DNA of 63,922 nt, filler included, from Octopus bimaculoides (GCF_001194135.2; 9 parts of 8 records of this genome joined end to end with filler, not necessarily neighbours in it), one strand, 5' to 3'. Numbered from the whole stretch's first letter, positions 24,636 through 38,123 are shown. Notes: generated by a model not told the origin, from the sequence alone. Numbers and translations are program-made.

Positions 24636-26949
24636 AACTTCATATTTTTTTTTATAAAACGCTTATAAAAATCATATAAATTTAGTAAGCTGACAAAAAT
24701 ATAAAATCCCTTAAATGTAGCAAACATGGGACGTTCAGGTGTGAATCAAACGAATATAAAACGTGTATCGAATTCGAAGAAACGATGCAGTGTCTCCCCA
24801 AATGATTACCAATAAATATATATCTCACCCATATAAGCAAATAAACTCTCTCTTGAACACACATACATATATGAGACGCTCTGACACGTTTATACGTACA
24901 TACATACATATACACATCTATAAATGCATACATACATACATACATATACAGAGGCACACACAGGTTTATCTTTTTATAATTCAATATGGAAATATAAGCC
25001 ATTGCTATATTGAGAGATTATAGAAAATGATATTTTGTTTCTTCAATACAAGTGAAACTACTTTCGATAGATAAATACGCATTTGTATAGATAATTTCTG
25101 CTGCATTATTAATTTTGTTTTTCTGTTTTTCCCCCATTAGGAGAGAGAAATTTGTTTCACAGCCAGTTTCCATAATTAAAAAGCAATCTTAACTGAAAGA
25201 AACTCCATAAGACTTTTCTTACCAACACAAACATTTGAAAAACTATCTATAAACAGTCACTAATTTCATAAGACATCTTGCAGGGAGACCGAAGTTTGTA
25301 ATATGTCGCATTTGTGATTTTCCATCATGCACGTCGTCATCGTCATACTCCGCCAAAATTTGATCTAATCGTATATTTTTGATAATGCATGCAATGTCTA
25401 TTATCATTCCGAAGTATTTTGCATTATTTTGTAATTCCATTGTTAAAACTTTGAAATAATCATTATTAATATTTTGAATTACAGAAATCATGCTATGAAA
25501 TGTTTAATGGTTTTCAATTTTACATACATAGATAAATACACACACACACACACACATATATATATACAGATATATATATATATATACAGGAACATATANN
25601 NNNNNNNNNNNNNNNNNNNNNNNNNNNNNNNNNNNNNNNNNNNNNNNNNNNNNNNNNNNNNNNNNNNNNNNNNNNNNNNNNNNNNNNNNNNNNNNNNNNN
25701 NNNNNNNNNNNNNNNNNNNNNNNNNNNNNNNNNNNNNNNNNNNNNNNNNNNNNNNNNNNNNNNNNNNNNNNNNNNNNNNNNNNNNNNNNNNNNNNNNNNN
25801 NNNNNNNNNNNNNNNNNNNNNNNNNNNNNNNNNNNNNNNNNNNNNNNNNNNNNNNNNNNNNNNNNNNNNNNNNNNNNNNNNNNNNNNNNNNNNNNNNNNN
25901 NNNNNNNNNNNNNNNNNNNNNNNNNNNNNNNNNNNNNNNNNNNNNNNNNNNNNNNNNNNNNNNNNNNNNNNNNNNNNNNNNNNNNNNNNNNNNNNNNNNN
26001 NNNNNNNNNNNNNNNNNNNNNNNNNNNNNNNNNNNNNNNNNNNNNNNNNNNNNNNNNNNNNNNNNNNNNNNNNNNNNNNNNNNNNNNNNNNNNNNNNNNN
26101 NNNNNNNNNNNNNNNNNNNNNNNNNNNNNNNNNNNNNNNNNNNNNNNNNNNNNNNNNNNNNNNNNNNNNNNNNNNNNNNNTATATATATATATATGTATG
26201 TATATACATATGTATGCTTATACTTAGGTACGTGTGTATGAAGTTATATACTTAAGTATGTCTGTGCATAATTTTATTTGTATTTGTTGATGTTTATTAT
26301 GGTACTTAATTCCGATTTGTTTACGCAAATTCATAATTAGATATTGTTTCCAAATTATGTATTGAAGAATTCTAAATTCATGTTTGTGATTATATATATA
26401 TATATGTATTTGCGCGTGTGTGTGTGAGTGAGTGTACATATTTTTGTTCTTGTTTAATTGTCTACATGTGTGTAAGTGTGTGCGTGTATGCTTGCGTGTG
26501 TAGGCGTACGTACGTTTGCCTATATATAGACATACACAAACACACATATACACACGAGAAGGTACACAGTGGTGTACGCGTACATACTCAAGCGTATACA
26601 TCTTTCTATATGCATAATATTGGCCAAAATTCTATACACATATGGTGGAATTTGATCCGTCCTTTAAAATAGCACAAACGCAATCAAAAATATACGTTTT
26701 GAGTCCCAGGAAATTAAACTCTCAAGTTAAATTCTCAGAATGCGTTATACATGCAAATTAATCTACCCAATTTAGGTCAGGACTTCCTAATAGGCGGCCT
26801 AAAGCCAACATCGCCGTGAAGATCTAAAAAGATATTCAACTATAGATGAAACCTCAATCACTAGATAAAGATTAATCAGGATGATCAGTCTTTTTATTTT
26901 ATCCACGAAGATATTTCGGAATACTAGCAAGATATTTATATCTGTTGAT

Positions 26950-27320
26950 ACATTATATTGGCCGTATAAAATATCTGTTGAGGAAAACTCGATAATCCAA
27001 AAATCCAACTGAACCCGAAGTGTTCTATTTTCATGCCAACAAGGATAGGACCACTGTCTCACTTGTTGGTCCACTGATTTATGATAACAACATTCTCCAA
27101 CTTTACACAAAAGAAATGACTGCCGAAACAACACAGTTCTGTCTTTACTGATTTCACTGATATTGACACAAGGGATCAAAATGAAGTCAATCCTCAACAT
27201 ATTATCTCGGACATAGCTTTTACTACCTCAGATATCATAGCAGCAATAAAAGAGATCAAGCACTATTTTAATGTAGGCCCTGATAGATTCCCCCACTAGT
27301 GTTCTGAATGAATGTATACA
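26950..27320 (+). mobile_element. CR1/Jockey-like LINE RT N-terminal remnant
   Basis: ISDIAFTTSDIIAAIKEIK...GPDRFP.SVLNEC resembles the L..I.F...DI..AI.......GPDG.P...LK.C motif. Confidence 0.65.
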
Positions 27321-27549
27321 CTAAGAAATGTTTTAGACTCAGGCTATATACTGAGACAGTTATTATCCCAATCTCTCATCCGGTCTTCAAAAAGTAGATC
27401 AGGTCCTTCGCACTCAACTATCGCCCAGTCTCATTCACCTCCATTTCATCAAAGTGTTTCAAAGTATGGTGAGATCAAGGGTAGCTGGTTTCCTGGTGAG
27501 CCACATCCACATGCGGCAGGAACTATCTTACACAGCTTTTACCTCACAT

Positions 27550-27961
<412 letters not shown>

Positions 27962-28443
27962 GCAAGGGATTTCTTTATTGGTGTTAAGAAATTTTAAGAA
28001 TTTATGAGCGGGAGAATTATGCTGTTACATCCGGTATATATATTTATACGCACAATCATGCATACAAACACACGCACTCATACATATATATATATATATA
28101 TATANNNNNNNNNNCTATCTCTCTCCTGGTCTTCTATCATAGCTTAACTGCTGGTAATATTGTTAGGTGGGGAGAAGTGAGGCGAGCTGGCAGAATCATT
28201 AGCACGCCAGGCATAATGCTTAGCGGTATTTCGTCCATCTGTACGTCCTGAGTTCAAATTCCGCCGAGGCTGAATTTGCTTTTAATCATTTCGGGGTTGA
28301 TGAGATAAGTACCAGTTGAATACTAGACGCAAGGGATTTCTTTATTGGTGTTAAGAAATTTTANNNNNNNNNNNNNNNNNNNNNNNNNNNNNNNNNNNNN
28401 NNNNNNNTTAATTAATTAANNNNNNNNNNNNNNNNNNNNNNNN

Positions 28444-29650
28444 NNNNNNNNNNNNNNNNNNNNTAAGCATTTTACCCAGGGTGCTAACGATCCTGACCGC
28501 TCGCCGCCTTGGTGTTATAGATTTATTGGTTTCAAACTGTGACACGAGGCCAGTAGTTTTGGAGGGAAAGCAGAGTTGATTAAATTGACCCCAGTACGCA
28601 ACTGGTACTTATTTTATCGATCTTGAATGGATGAAAAGTAAAGTCGATGTGGAGAAGGTACTTGCTCTAGGGGTCAGAGCAAGCGTAGTTTTGTTGGTCC
28701 CCACGAGTAACCCTAGGAAGTCTCCCTCTTTTGGGGAGTTATTCATTGCAATATTTTATATCATTACTTTTTGTTGTTGTTTTTTCTCCTTATTACAAGA
28801 TTTGATTAACACTACGTTGCGTTGTTCTGTACCGTCCCCAATGTCTTTTTTCGTGAACACTTAATGATTAATAAAGAAAACATTATTATTATCGTTGGGG
28901 TGGCAAGATGGTAAAATCGTTAGCACGTCAGACAAAATACTTAGCTGCATTTTTATCCGGCTCTTTACGTTCTGAGCTCAAATCACGCCGAAGCCAGCTT
29001 TGCCTTTTCATCCTTTTTGGGATCGATAAAATATAAGTACCAGTCAAAAACTACGGCCGATAGTATCGACTAATTATCGACCGATAGTATCCCGTCAAAA
29101 TTTCGGACGTTGTGCCAAAATGAGAAACAGTTATTAAGGTGACTAGTTAAGTCAGCGAGCTGGCAGAAACGTTAGCACGCCGGACGAAATGCTTAGCGGT
29201 ATGTCGTCTGCCGCTACGTTCTGAGTTCAAATTCCGCCGAGGTCGACTTTGTCTTTCATCCTTTCGGGGTCGATAAATTAAGTACCAGTTACGCACTGGG
29301 GTCGATATAATCGACTTAATCTCTTTGTCTGTCTTTGTTTGTCCCCTCTATGTTTAGCCCCTTGTGGGCAATAAAGAAATAAGAAACGTTAGCGCGCCGG
29401 GCGAAATGCTTAGCGGTATTTCGTTTGTCTTTATGTTCTGAGTTCAAATTCCGCCAGGTCGACTGTACCTTTCATCCCTTCGGGGTCGATAAAATAAGTA
29501 TCCCGGCTCTTTATATTCACAGTTCAAATTTCGCAGAGGTTATTTATACGTTTCGTCCCTACAGAGTCGATAAAATAAAATATTGAAGCACTGGGTCGAT
29601 GTATTCGACAAACAATCTCTTTCAAATTTGCTGGCCTTGTGCCTAAACTG
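28444..29650. mobile_element. Cluster of about five SINE family D copies (28444-28650 minus; 28900-29135, 29155-29385, 29383-29502, 29503-29650 plus)
   Basis: Repeated gaaatgcttagcggta...ttctgagttcaaattccgcc...gtcgataaa. The copy at 29155 is full length with tail gggcaataaagaaataagaa. Confidence 0.88.
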
Positions 29651-30493
29651 GAAGTAATTATTGATCGAATTTTGTTTTTCTTTATTCTTTCTCCATTTTC
29701 TAATTATTTGCGTCAGTAAATTATTAACTACAATTATTTCTAACATTATAATTAGATAAAATATAATAATTAGTCCACTGCTATCTGGCGTGTTTCTTCT
29801 GCTCGTTAACGGTGCAAGGGAGATAATTGTGTTATAACTCGTTTTTATTTCTCTTCTTACGAATTCTTGGAGATTTATTTTTGCTGCTAACATCGAACTA
29901 AATTCATTATCGTATTTGATGCCATGAAAGATGCGTGGACATATTAGGCACACAACAATTTCAGTTGAACATATTCAAGAAAAAAAAACGGTTTTAGCGC
30001 ATTAAAGCATGTAATATAGATCCAACTTCGCAAATAGAACCGGGGGTGATTCTTTGAAAGAGTTTATTGTTTTAAATGCGGTTTTTTATCTTCACTTTAG
30101 CTTTTTTTTTTTTTTTTTCATAAATTGAAATTTTTTTTATATATATATATGATATATATACAATACAAATCCAAAATCGAAGACAACACAAACATGAATG
30201 GGGAAAAAAGAAGAAAAAACATCATTTCAACATTAAGGGTATCAGTTGGTCGCTGAAAACAACGTATTTTTTATGCCATCAAATACGCTAATTTAAAACA
30301 CAACCCAGTTCCTTTTGTGAAGTTTGAACTTCTTCCTCTTCTTTTTCAATACTTCAATTTTTCTTATTTTTCTTCTTTCTTTCTTCCTTCTTCAATTTTT
30401 CTTCCTTCCTTCCCTCTTCTTCTTCTTCTTCTTCTTATTCTTATTATTATTATTATTATATATACTAGGGGCTGCTGAAAAGTGCCTGGCTAA

Positions 30494-30701
30494 CCCTTTT
30501 GATACTAACCTGCCTGAAACCGCCTCTGGCTTTATAATACAAATATCTTGTTTCCAAAAGTTTTGAATTAAAATCTTCCACAGTATATGTTTCTAACACT
30601 AGCTTAATGATAACCAAGTTATTTTACTAAATTTTTTGTTATACTTAAAATTAATTGAAAGCAACACAGAGTATCTCAACAGAAATACAGTAACAAAAGG
30701 G
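30494..30701. mobile_element. piggyBac-like MITE (208 bp)
   Basis: TIRs cccttttgatac / gtaacaaaaggg (1 mismatch), flanked by ctaa and ttaa (TTAA target, left copy mutated). Confidence 0.8.
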
Positions 30702-30832
30702 TTAAGGGTATCGTGAAAGACCTGGTTGAAGGCCCAACCTTCTGAATTCTTTTACAGGGTTTCGAAAAATTGAAAGGCCGCTGCAATAAACGTGTGAATC
30801 TGAGAGGAAAATATTTTGAATATAATCATAAT

Positions 30833-30990
30833 GACAAGGGTTCCAGTTGATCTGGTCAATGGAACAGCCTGCTCTTGAAATTAGTGTGCAAGGGACTGAG
30901 CACTCCACTGAACCATGCACCCTTGATGTAGTTCTCAGGGGGATTCAGTGTGACAGAATTTGACAAAGCCGGCCCCTTTGAAATACAGGT
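30833..30990 (-). mobile_element. SINE family A-related 3' portion
   Basis: agggttccagttgatctggtcaatggaacagcctgctcttgaaatt... aligns by eye to 54525-54680. Confidence 0.8.
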
Positions 30991-32443
30991 ACTACTCATT
31001 TTTGCCGGTTGAATGGACATACATACATGTATACACACACACACACACACAGAGGCATCCACACAGTTTCCATCTAGATTCATCTACAAGGTATTGGTCA
31101 GCTCTGGGCTACAGTAAAAGGCACGTGCCCACGGTGCCATGCTGTTGGATTGAACCTGAAACTGTGTGGTTGTGAAGTGAGCTCCTTATATAAATGAAAT
31201 GTTTAAAGTATGTATTATTTACTTTATCAAAATTAATAATGTTTGGAATTAATTAGTACCTGTAATTAGCACATAATTCCCCCAATTTAAATCACTCGTG
31301 ACCTAGTTTTATTAATTTTTATCACTTTCATATTGGAAATATTTCTTCACAATTGATCCTCCTGTATTTTCTTTCACCCAAAGCCAAGAACTTTTCATCA
31401 CCCCATCATGTATGTGTGTATATATGTATATATATATATGTATATATATACTTCATTGTATGAGATTTAGCTTTGTTGGAACCAGATAAACTCATGAAGT
31501 AGGCTTTAAATACTTTGTTGGGAATTTCAAATGAAAAATCCTCCTCTCTGTGAACTAAATTTATGATTTGTAACAGAGAAAAACTGAAGTACAATTCTAC
31601 TAGAACATTCTTTTATTCTCAAAGGATTCACAGGCAGAATGTTAAAACAGCCTTCTCCCTCCACCCCACATCCTTCAGCATGGAGTATGAGGAAGATTTC
31701 ATTGCTATTTCTAACAATGTAGGGGTTCCCTTCCCTAATCTTTAAGTTCTGAGTTCGATTCCCACTGGGGGTCAACTTTGCTTTACATATTTGTTGAAAT
31801 AAAGTGCCAGGGTTGATGGCATCAATTACTCTCTGCTGGTCGTTCCCTAAGTCAGAAAACAAGGCAGTGAACTAACAGAATCAAGATAAAAAAATGTTTA
31901 GTGGCATTTTCTTCCATGCTGTTGCTGTTGTTGTTATTATTATTATTATTATTATTACTATTAATGCGGTGAACTGGCAGACTCGATAGCTTGCTGGATG
32001 ACATGCTTAGCGGTATTTCACCTGTTGCCGCATTCTGAGTTCAAATTCCTTCAAGGTCAACTTTGCCTTTCAGTGAGTGAAAGATGAGATACATTTTTCT
32101 GATGTGTTATTTAACCACCACCACCACCACCACTACAACGCTTCTCTCACTTCTTCACCTGACAAAGTTAATTCGTTATTAATAGAGTAACGACATGTAA
32201 CGAAACGAGAATAATTATTTTTAGTTGTAGTAATGATAGTTAAACAATAATGTATTAATAATGAAACAAGGGCCATCATCTTCTGTCTGAGACGAGTATT
32301 ATTAGATCTTTGATCTGCTTAAACATTGCTGTTAGTTCTTTAATTAACATCTGTTCATTAATTAAGATTGTGTGTGTGTGTGTACAACAAAGAGAGATTG
32401 GTTTCTGTTTTAAAACTATATATGTATATATATATATACTAGG

Positions 32444-32791
32444 TGGAGGCGCAATGACCCAGTGGTTAGGGCAACGGACTCGTGCTCATAGGATCGCAGT
32501 TGTGAGTGTTTATTGAGCGAAAACACCTAAAGCTCCACGAGGCTCCAGCAGGGGATGGTGGTGAACCCTGCTGTACTCTTTCACCAGAACTTTCTCTCAG
32601 TTTTACTTCCTGTTTCTGTTGTGCCTGTAATTCAAAGGGTCAGCCTTGTCACACTGTGTCACGCTGAATATCCCCAAGAACTACGTGTCTGTGGAGTGCT
32701 CAGCCACTTGCACGTTAATTTCACGAGCAGGCTGTTCCGTTGATCGGATCAACTGGAACCCTCGACGTCGTAAGCAATGGAGTGCCAACAC
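32444..32791 (+). mobile_element. SINE family A, nearly full length with small deletions
   Basis: tggaggcgcaatgacccagtggttagggc ... ggaaccctcgacgtcgtaagcaatggagtgccaacac. Confidence 0.92.
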
Positions 32792-32849
32792 ACACATATA
32801 TACTAGACTACTTGTGATCCGTTGGGTCACCAGGAAACTTTAAGTTTTC

Positions 32850-33146
32850 TAACAATGGAATTTTCCATCTACCAAATCCACTCACAAGGCTTTGGTCAGC
32901 CCGAGGCTATAATAGAAGACACTTGCCCAAGGTGCTATGCAGTGGGACTGAACCCACAACCATGTGGTTGGTAAGCAAGCTACTTACTGCACATCCACCC
33001 CTGCACCTATGGTGAAGACGAAGATACATAATAGAAGACCCTTCCCAAGGTGCTATGCAGTGGGACTGAACCTACAACCATGTGGTTGGTAAGCAAGCTA
33101 CTTACTGCACATCCACCCCTGCGCCTATGGTGAAGACGAAGATACA
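32850..33146 (-). mobile_element. SINE family B head with a 119-bp tandem duplication (32909-33027, 33028-33146)
   Basis: ataatagaagac...ggtgaagacgaagatac occurs twice in direct orientation. Confidence 0.9.
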
Positions 33147-33258
33147 ATGTAAACCATGGTGGCCTCCTTTGGAGAGATCTTGCATCAGGAGATTTCACAA
33201 AAAGAAAACAACAAAAACAATGTCATTTTTTGAGGGGAGGGGAATGGTGAAACTTGAA

Positions 33259-33660
33259 GTGTAGCTGTGTGGTAGCATGCTTGCTTCCCAACTACATGGT
33301 TCCGGGTTCAGTCCCACTGCATGGCACCTTGGACAAGTGTCTTCTATAACCTCTTGCCATCCAAAGCCTTGTGAGTGGATTTGGTAGACGGAAACTGAAA
33401 GAAGCCCCTCATGTACATATATATGTATATGTGTATATCTAAGTGTGTGTGACTTTGTGTCGGTGTTTGTTCCTCACCACTGCTTGACAACCAGTGTCGG
33501 TGTGTTTACATCCCCTGTAACTTAGCAGTTTGACTAAAGAGATTGATAGAATAAATACCAGGTTTAAAAACTAAAAAGTACTGGGGTCAATCTATTCAAT
33601 TAAAATTCTTCAAGGTGGTGCCCCAGCATGGCCACAGGCTAATGACAGAAACAAGAAAAA
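33259..33660 (+). mobile_element. SINE family B, full length
   Basis: Head gctgtgtggtagcatgcttgcttcccaactacatggttccgggttcagtccc through tail atgacagaaacaagaaaaa. Confidence 0.9.
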
Positions 33661-34606
33661 AGAATGGTATTTTGGGATAGAAAACCCCTTTGGATAGTTC
33701 CCATCCAAAGAGGGTTTTTTAATCAAATATTTACATGCTATTATTTATAGTTTTATCTACTTCAAGTCTCAGTGTTCAAAAAAAGAATTATTTCATGTTC
33801 TCTCAAAGTTTCTAAATTCCTATGACATAAACACTGTGTCATTTTATTATTCCAAGGCCTTCCTAGAATGCAGGACACAAATTCTAGCCTGTCTAGTTTT
33901 ATGACTAAATCTGACAAGAACTGCACCAGGAAGAAACACAACGGACTTTAACCTGTGTGTCATCTCATTGAGATAAGAGAGGGATTAGTGGCTCCAACCA
34001 TTTTTTTACCATTATATTCTTAACTATTCTATTCTCAACCATTCCTTGCTTATTTTACTCACGTAGACCCTCAAGGCCATTCAATGTCTAAAAAATCCGA
34101 TTATATTTTTATAATTAACCCGTTAGCATTCCGATTACTCTGTCAAATGTGATGCTTATTTATTCACATCGTTTTGAATTAATCATGCGTTACCTTGGAG
34201 CCTTGAATTTTTGATGGTATGACTATGTTTAGAATGACATTGTAGGGTAGGTGTGAGAGGCTGGATCTCACCAGTTAGAATATAAAACAGGAAGAATATT
34301 TGGGCTGGATATGGCCGGTTTAAATATTCTTTTACTTGTTTCAATCATTTGGGTGTGGCTACGCTGGAGCACCACCNNNNNNNNNNAATGAGATTTCCTG
34401 TGTGTTCAGACTTTAGGAACACCCTGTAGTCGGAATTATGTTTTCTCTCACTGCTTTGTTCCATCTTGCAGCTAACACCCATAAGGTAAGACCAAAGAAT
34501 ACTTTGAGTTTATGTTTTATAGACCTGGAGGGACATTGGTGGATCAACAAGGATAAAGGAATTATATAGAATATATATATATATATATATATATATATTG
34601 CTTACC

Positions 34607-35222
34607 AACCACATGGTTCCGGGTTCAGTCCCACTGCGTGGCACCTTGGGCAAGTGTCTTCTACTATAGNNNNNNNNNNNNNNNNNNNNNNNNNNNNNNN
34701 NNNNNNNNNNNNNNNNNNNNNNNNNNNNNNNNNNNNNNNNNNNNNNNNNNNNNNNNNNNNNNNNNNNNNNNNNNNNNNNNNNNNNNNNNNNNNNNNNNNN
34801 NNNNNNNNNNNNNNNNNNNNNNNNNNNNNNNNNNNNNNNNNNNNNNNNNNNNNNNNNNNNNNNNNNNNNNNNNNNNNNNNNNNNNNNNNNNNNNNNNNNN
34901 NNNNNNNNNNNNNNNNNNNNNNNNNNNNNNNNNNNNNNNNNNNNNNNNNNNNNNNNNNNNNNNNNNNNNNNNNNNNNNNNNNNNNNNNNNNNNNNNNNNN
35001 NNNNNNNNNNNNNNNNNNNNNNNNNNNNNNNNNNNNNNNNNNNNNNNNNNNNNNNNNNNNNNNNNNNNNNNNNNNNNNNNNNNNNNNNNNNNNNNNNNNN
35101 NNNNNNNNNNNNNNNNNNNNNNNNNNNNNNNNNNNNNNNNNNNNNNNNNNNNNNNNNNNNNNNNNNNNNNNNNNNNNNNNGCCGCAGTCAAATGACTGAA
35201 ACAAGTAAAAGAGAGTAAAAGA
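34607..35222 (+). mobile_element. SINE family B spanning an assembly gap
   Basis: Head fragment lies before the N-run and tail fragment (gccgcagtcaaatgactgaaacaagtaaaagag) after it. Confidence 0.8.
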
Positions 35223-35728
35223 GTATATACACACATACATGTATATATACAAATAGTTTTACTGGTTAACAAGAGCTTTTGTGTGTGTGTGTAAGAAGAA
35301 TGTATGTGGCAAGGCTCAGAAACGGGGCCGTACAACAATTAAGATGGAAGGAACCGTAGTTGATTCATTGAATGTAAAGTTGAGGAATTCACCAAAGACT
35401 AGAGAGGAGTCAGCAGAAAGAAGGAGAGGCCGAAAGACTCACCAGGAAGAGTGACTCACCAAGGAGAGAGTTGAGGCACTCACCAGCCAGAGATGACTGA
35501 CTCATGAGGAAGAGAAAACTTGAGTGATTATTCACCAGAAGTAAGGGAATGGGAGTTGATAAATTTTTTTTTTTTTTTATGGTTTAGTCTGGTAGGAAAG
35601 AGTGACCTTGACCTTAACAGACCTTCACCTTGACAAGGTTTCCTCACTGATTTTTTAATATTTTATGGTGGGGGCTTTGTTTAGACATCTAGATGTTGAG
35701 GTTTATTGGGAAAATATGGGTGGAACAG

Positions 35729-35838
35729 TGGAGGCGCAATGGCCCAGTGGTTAGGGCAGCTGACTCGTGGTCATGGGATCGTGGTATCGATTCCCAGACC
35801 GGGCGTTGTGAGTGTTTATTGAGCGAAAACACCTAAAG
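35729..35838 (+). mobile_element. SINE family A head only
   Basis: tggaggcgcaatggcccagtggttagggcagc...gagcgaaaacacctaaag. Confidence 0.9.
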
Positions 35839-36194
35839 TTGGGGGACATGGTAGGATTGATGAAAGGAAGAGAGAGAAGGGTGTTAAGTGGAGATAGAAT
35901 GTTACCAATCTTGCAGAGAGTGATACAAGTAGGGAAGAACAGGATACAGCACATCTGAAGAACAGAGGCTGGAGCAGCAAGAGGAAACAGCATATTCATG
36001 GCCTCCGGATGTTGTTCTAGAGAGGAAGAGAAGTCAGCAATCCGGGATGGATGTAGTAGTAGTGTCACCATACAGAGAGAGAGAGAGAGAGGATACAGGA
36101 TGTCTGTGAAGCAGTTGATGCAGTGGCACTAGGACACAATATACAATATATCCATCGTCCCTGGATGTTGTAGGCAGGGAGAGGATACAGCACA

Positions 36195-36411
36195 TAAGGG
36201 CAGCAAGCTGGCAGAGACATTAGCGCACCGGGCGAAATGCTTGGCGGTATTTCGTCTGCCGTTATGTTCTGAGTTCAAATTCCGCTGAGGTCGACTTTGC
36301 CTTTCATTCTTTCAGGGTCGATAAATTAAGTACCAGTTACGCACTGGGGTCGATGTAATCCCTTTGTCTGTCCCCTCTATGTTTAGCCCCTTATGGGCAA
36401 TAAAGAAATAA
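36195..36411 (+). mobile_element. SINE family D, full length, with 15-bp TSD
   Basis: Flanked by agaggatacagcaca at 36180-36194 and 36411-36425 (the first base overlaps the A-tail). Confidence 0.92.
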
Positions 36412-36561
36412 GAGGATACAGCACACAGGTGGGGCAGAGGGTGTTGTAGCTAAAATATAAGCAAGAAGAGGAGACGTCAAATCATCTGAGGGTCAGGAGC
36501 TGTAGTAACAAGCGCGAACAGCATATCCCTGGCCCCCGGGTGCTGTTATAGACAGGTGCAG

Positions 36562-36765
36562 GGGCCACGTAAAAAGCACCGATACTGGTGCTGTGTAAAA
36601 GTAATCAGTACACTCTGTAAAGTGATTGGCTTTAAGAAGGGCATCCAGCTGTAGAAACCATGCCAAAACAAACGGAGCCTGGACAGCCCTTCAGATGGTC
36701 ACTTCCTGTCAAACCATCCAACCCATGCCAGCATGGAAAACGGACGTTAAAGGATGATGATAATG
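36562..36765 (+). mobile_element. SINE family C 3' part ((GAT)n tail)
   Basis: aagaagggcatccagctgtagaaacc...aacccatgccagcatggaaaacggacgttaaaggatgatgat. Same family as 57938 and 60166. Confidence 0.85.
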
Positions 36766-38059
36766 AGGAGGAGGAGGACAGAAGCCAGTATATGCATAGG
36801 ATGGATGTTGTAGTAGTGATGGAATAGGCAAGGAGGGGGTTATAGTACATCTGTGGAGGGTTGAGGCAGTATTAGCATCAAGCCACAGTATATCCGTAGC
36901 CCATGGATGATGTTGTAGAAAGAAAAAGAAGATGGCAGACTGATGGGTTGGATGTTGTAGTAACGACACAACATGCAAGGAGAGATTACAGTAGACCTGT
37001 GAGGCAGAGGTTAGCTATAATATAAGCAAGGAAAGGGGGCAGCAAATCTAAGGGTCAGGAGTTGTAGAGGCAAGATGAAACAGCATATTGATGATCCCCG
37101 GATATTGTTGTAGACAGGGAGAAAAGACAGCACATGCATGGGATGGACATTGTAGTAGTGATACAATATACAGAGAGAAGATACAGACAGGTTTTTGTAG
37201 AGATTCAGTAGAAAGGGAGAAACCCAGCGCATCTATGAGGTGCAACAGTTGAATCCACCAGATTATATCGCCACAGATCACCATATGCAGTCAGATTTTG
37301 TAATTTTTGGCTGACCTAACACACACACACACACATCTATAATTTTTATGTTTGTTGTTTTGTTGAGTTACAATAAAAACTATTTTACATTAAACAGAAG
37401 AATTACTCCAAAGTTTTTGTAGAGGACATATTCTGTATAGTGCTGACGACAGTGACTTCAAAGCTTCACCGTTCCAGCCTTCATCAAGCTTTTGTTTCAG
37501 TCAACCGAAGCCAACATCAAAACTTTGGTCAACCCAGGGCTATAGAAGAAGACACTTGTCCAAGTCGTCATGCATCCAGTGAGATAAAAACTAGCACAGA
37601 TAGAGAGACAGACAGACAACAGTTTATAAAGAAGATGAATGGATTCATAGAGACATTGCCAGAATGATGAATGCTGGGAAAATAATCAAGAAAACAAGGC
37701 TGCAAAGTGTAAAATGTTTTAGGAAAGTGGGTTATACATCATTAGATGTACACCTGACTTTCCTATATTAAATTAGGTATTGAACGGAACGCAGAACTCC
37801 AAACTGATCAACAACAACAATATTTATTTAAAGTGGTAAAATGGACAGCCTCCAATTGTCCGGTTTCTGAGTAGCCTCCTGTGAGAGTCTGGTTGCTGAG
37901 ACGTCTGAATGTAGATGTACTGTCCCTAGAGTTGAAACATTGGAGAGACAACTTGCTTCGACCACACTCAATGAGAGAGCTTGTTTTAGACGTCTTGCTT
38001 GTTCGCTGTCTGGCGTGGTAAGAGACAGAATAGAAGCGGGAACGCTTGGATGTTGAAAT

Positions 38060-38123
38060 CCACGCATGCGTGGTTAAAGGTACAGTAATGGCGACTATGC
38101 CTTTTTGGCGCCATATGACGTCA
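38060..38123. promoter_or_regulatory. Housekeeping-promoter-like motif cluster
   Basis: 14-bp palindrome ccacgcatgcgtgg (NRF1-like core, 38060-38073), aatggcg (38087-38093) and gcgccat (YY1-like, opposite strands), and perfect CRE tgacgtca (38116-38123) in a locally CpG-rich patch. Motif matches only. Confidence 0.4.

Larger units (their letters stand above)
30465..31410 (+). mobile_element. Non-autonomous mariner-type element, interrupted by nested insertions
   Basis: TA then left TIR ctaggggctgctgaaaagtgcctggct; right TIR agccaagaacttttcatcacccc..tg then TA. Internal residue encodes FEKLKGRCNKRVNLRGKYFE (mariner C-terminus KL..R..K.V.L.G.Y.E). Confidence 0.75.

Noticed and set aside
28115-28363. 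Third copy of the duplicated block as a true triplication
   Set aside because: Bounded by gaps on both sides and overlaps copy 2's downstream flank. Likely an allelic contig.
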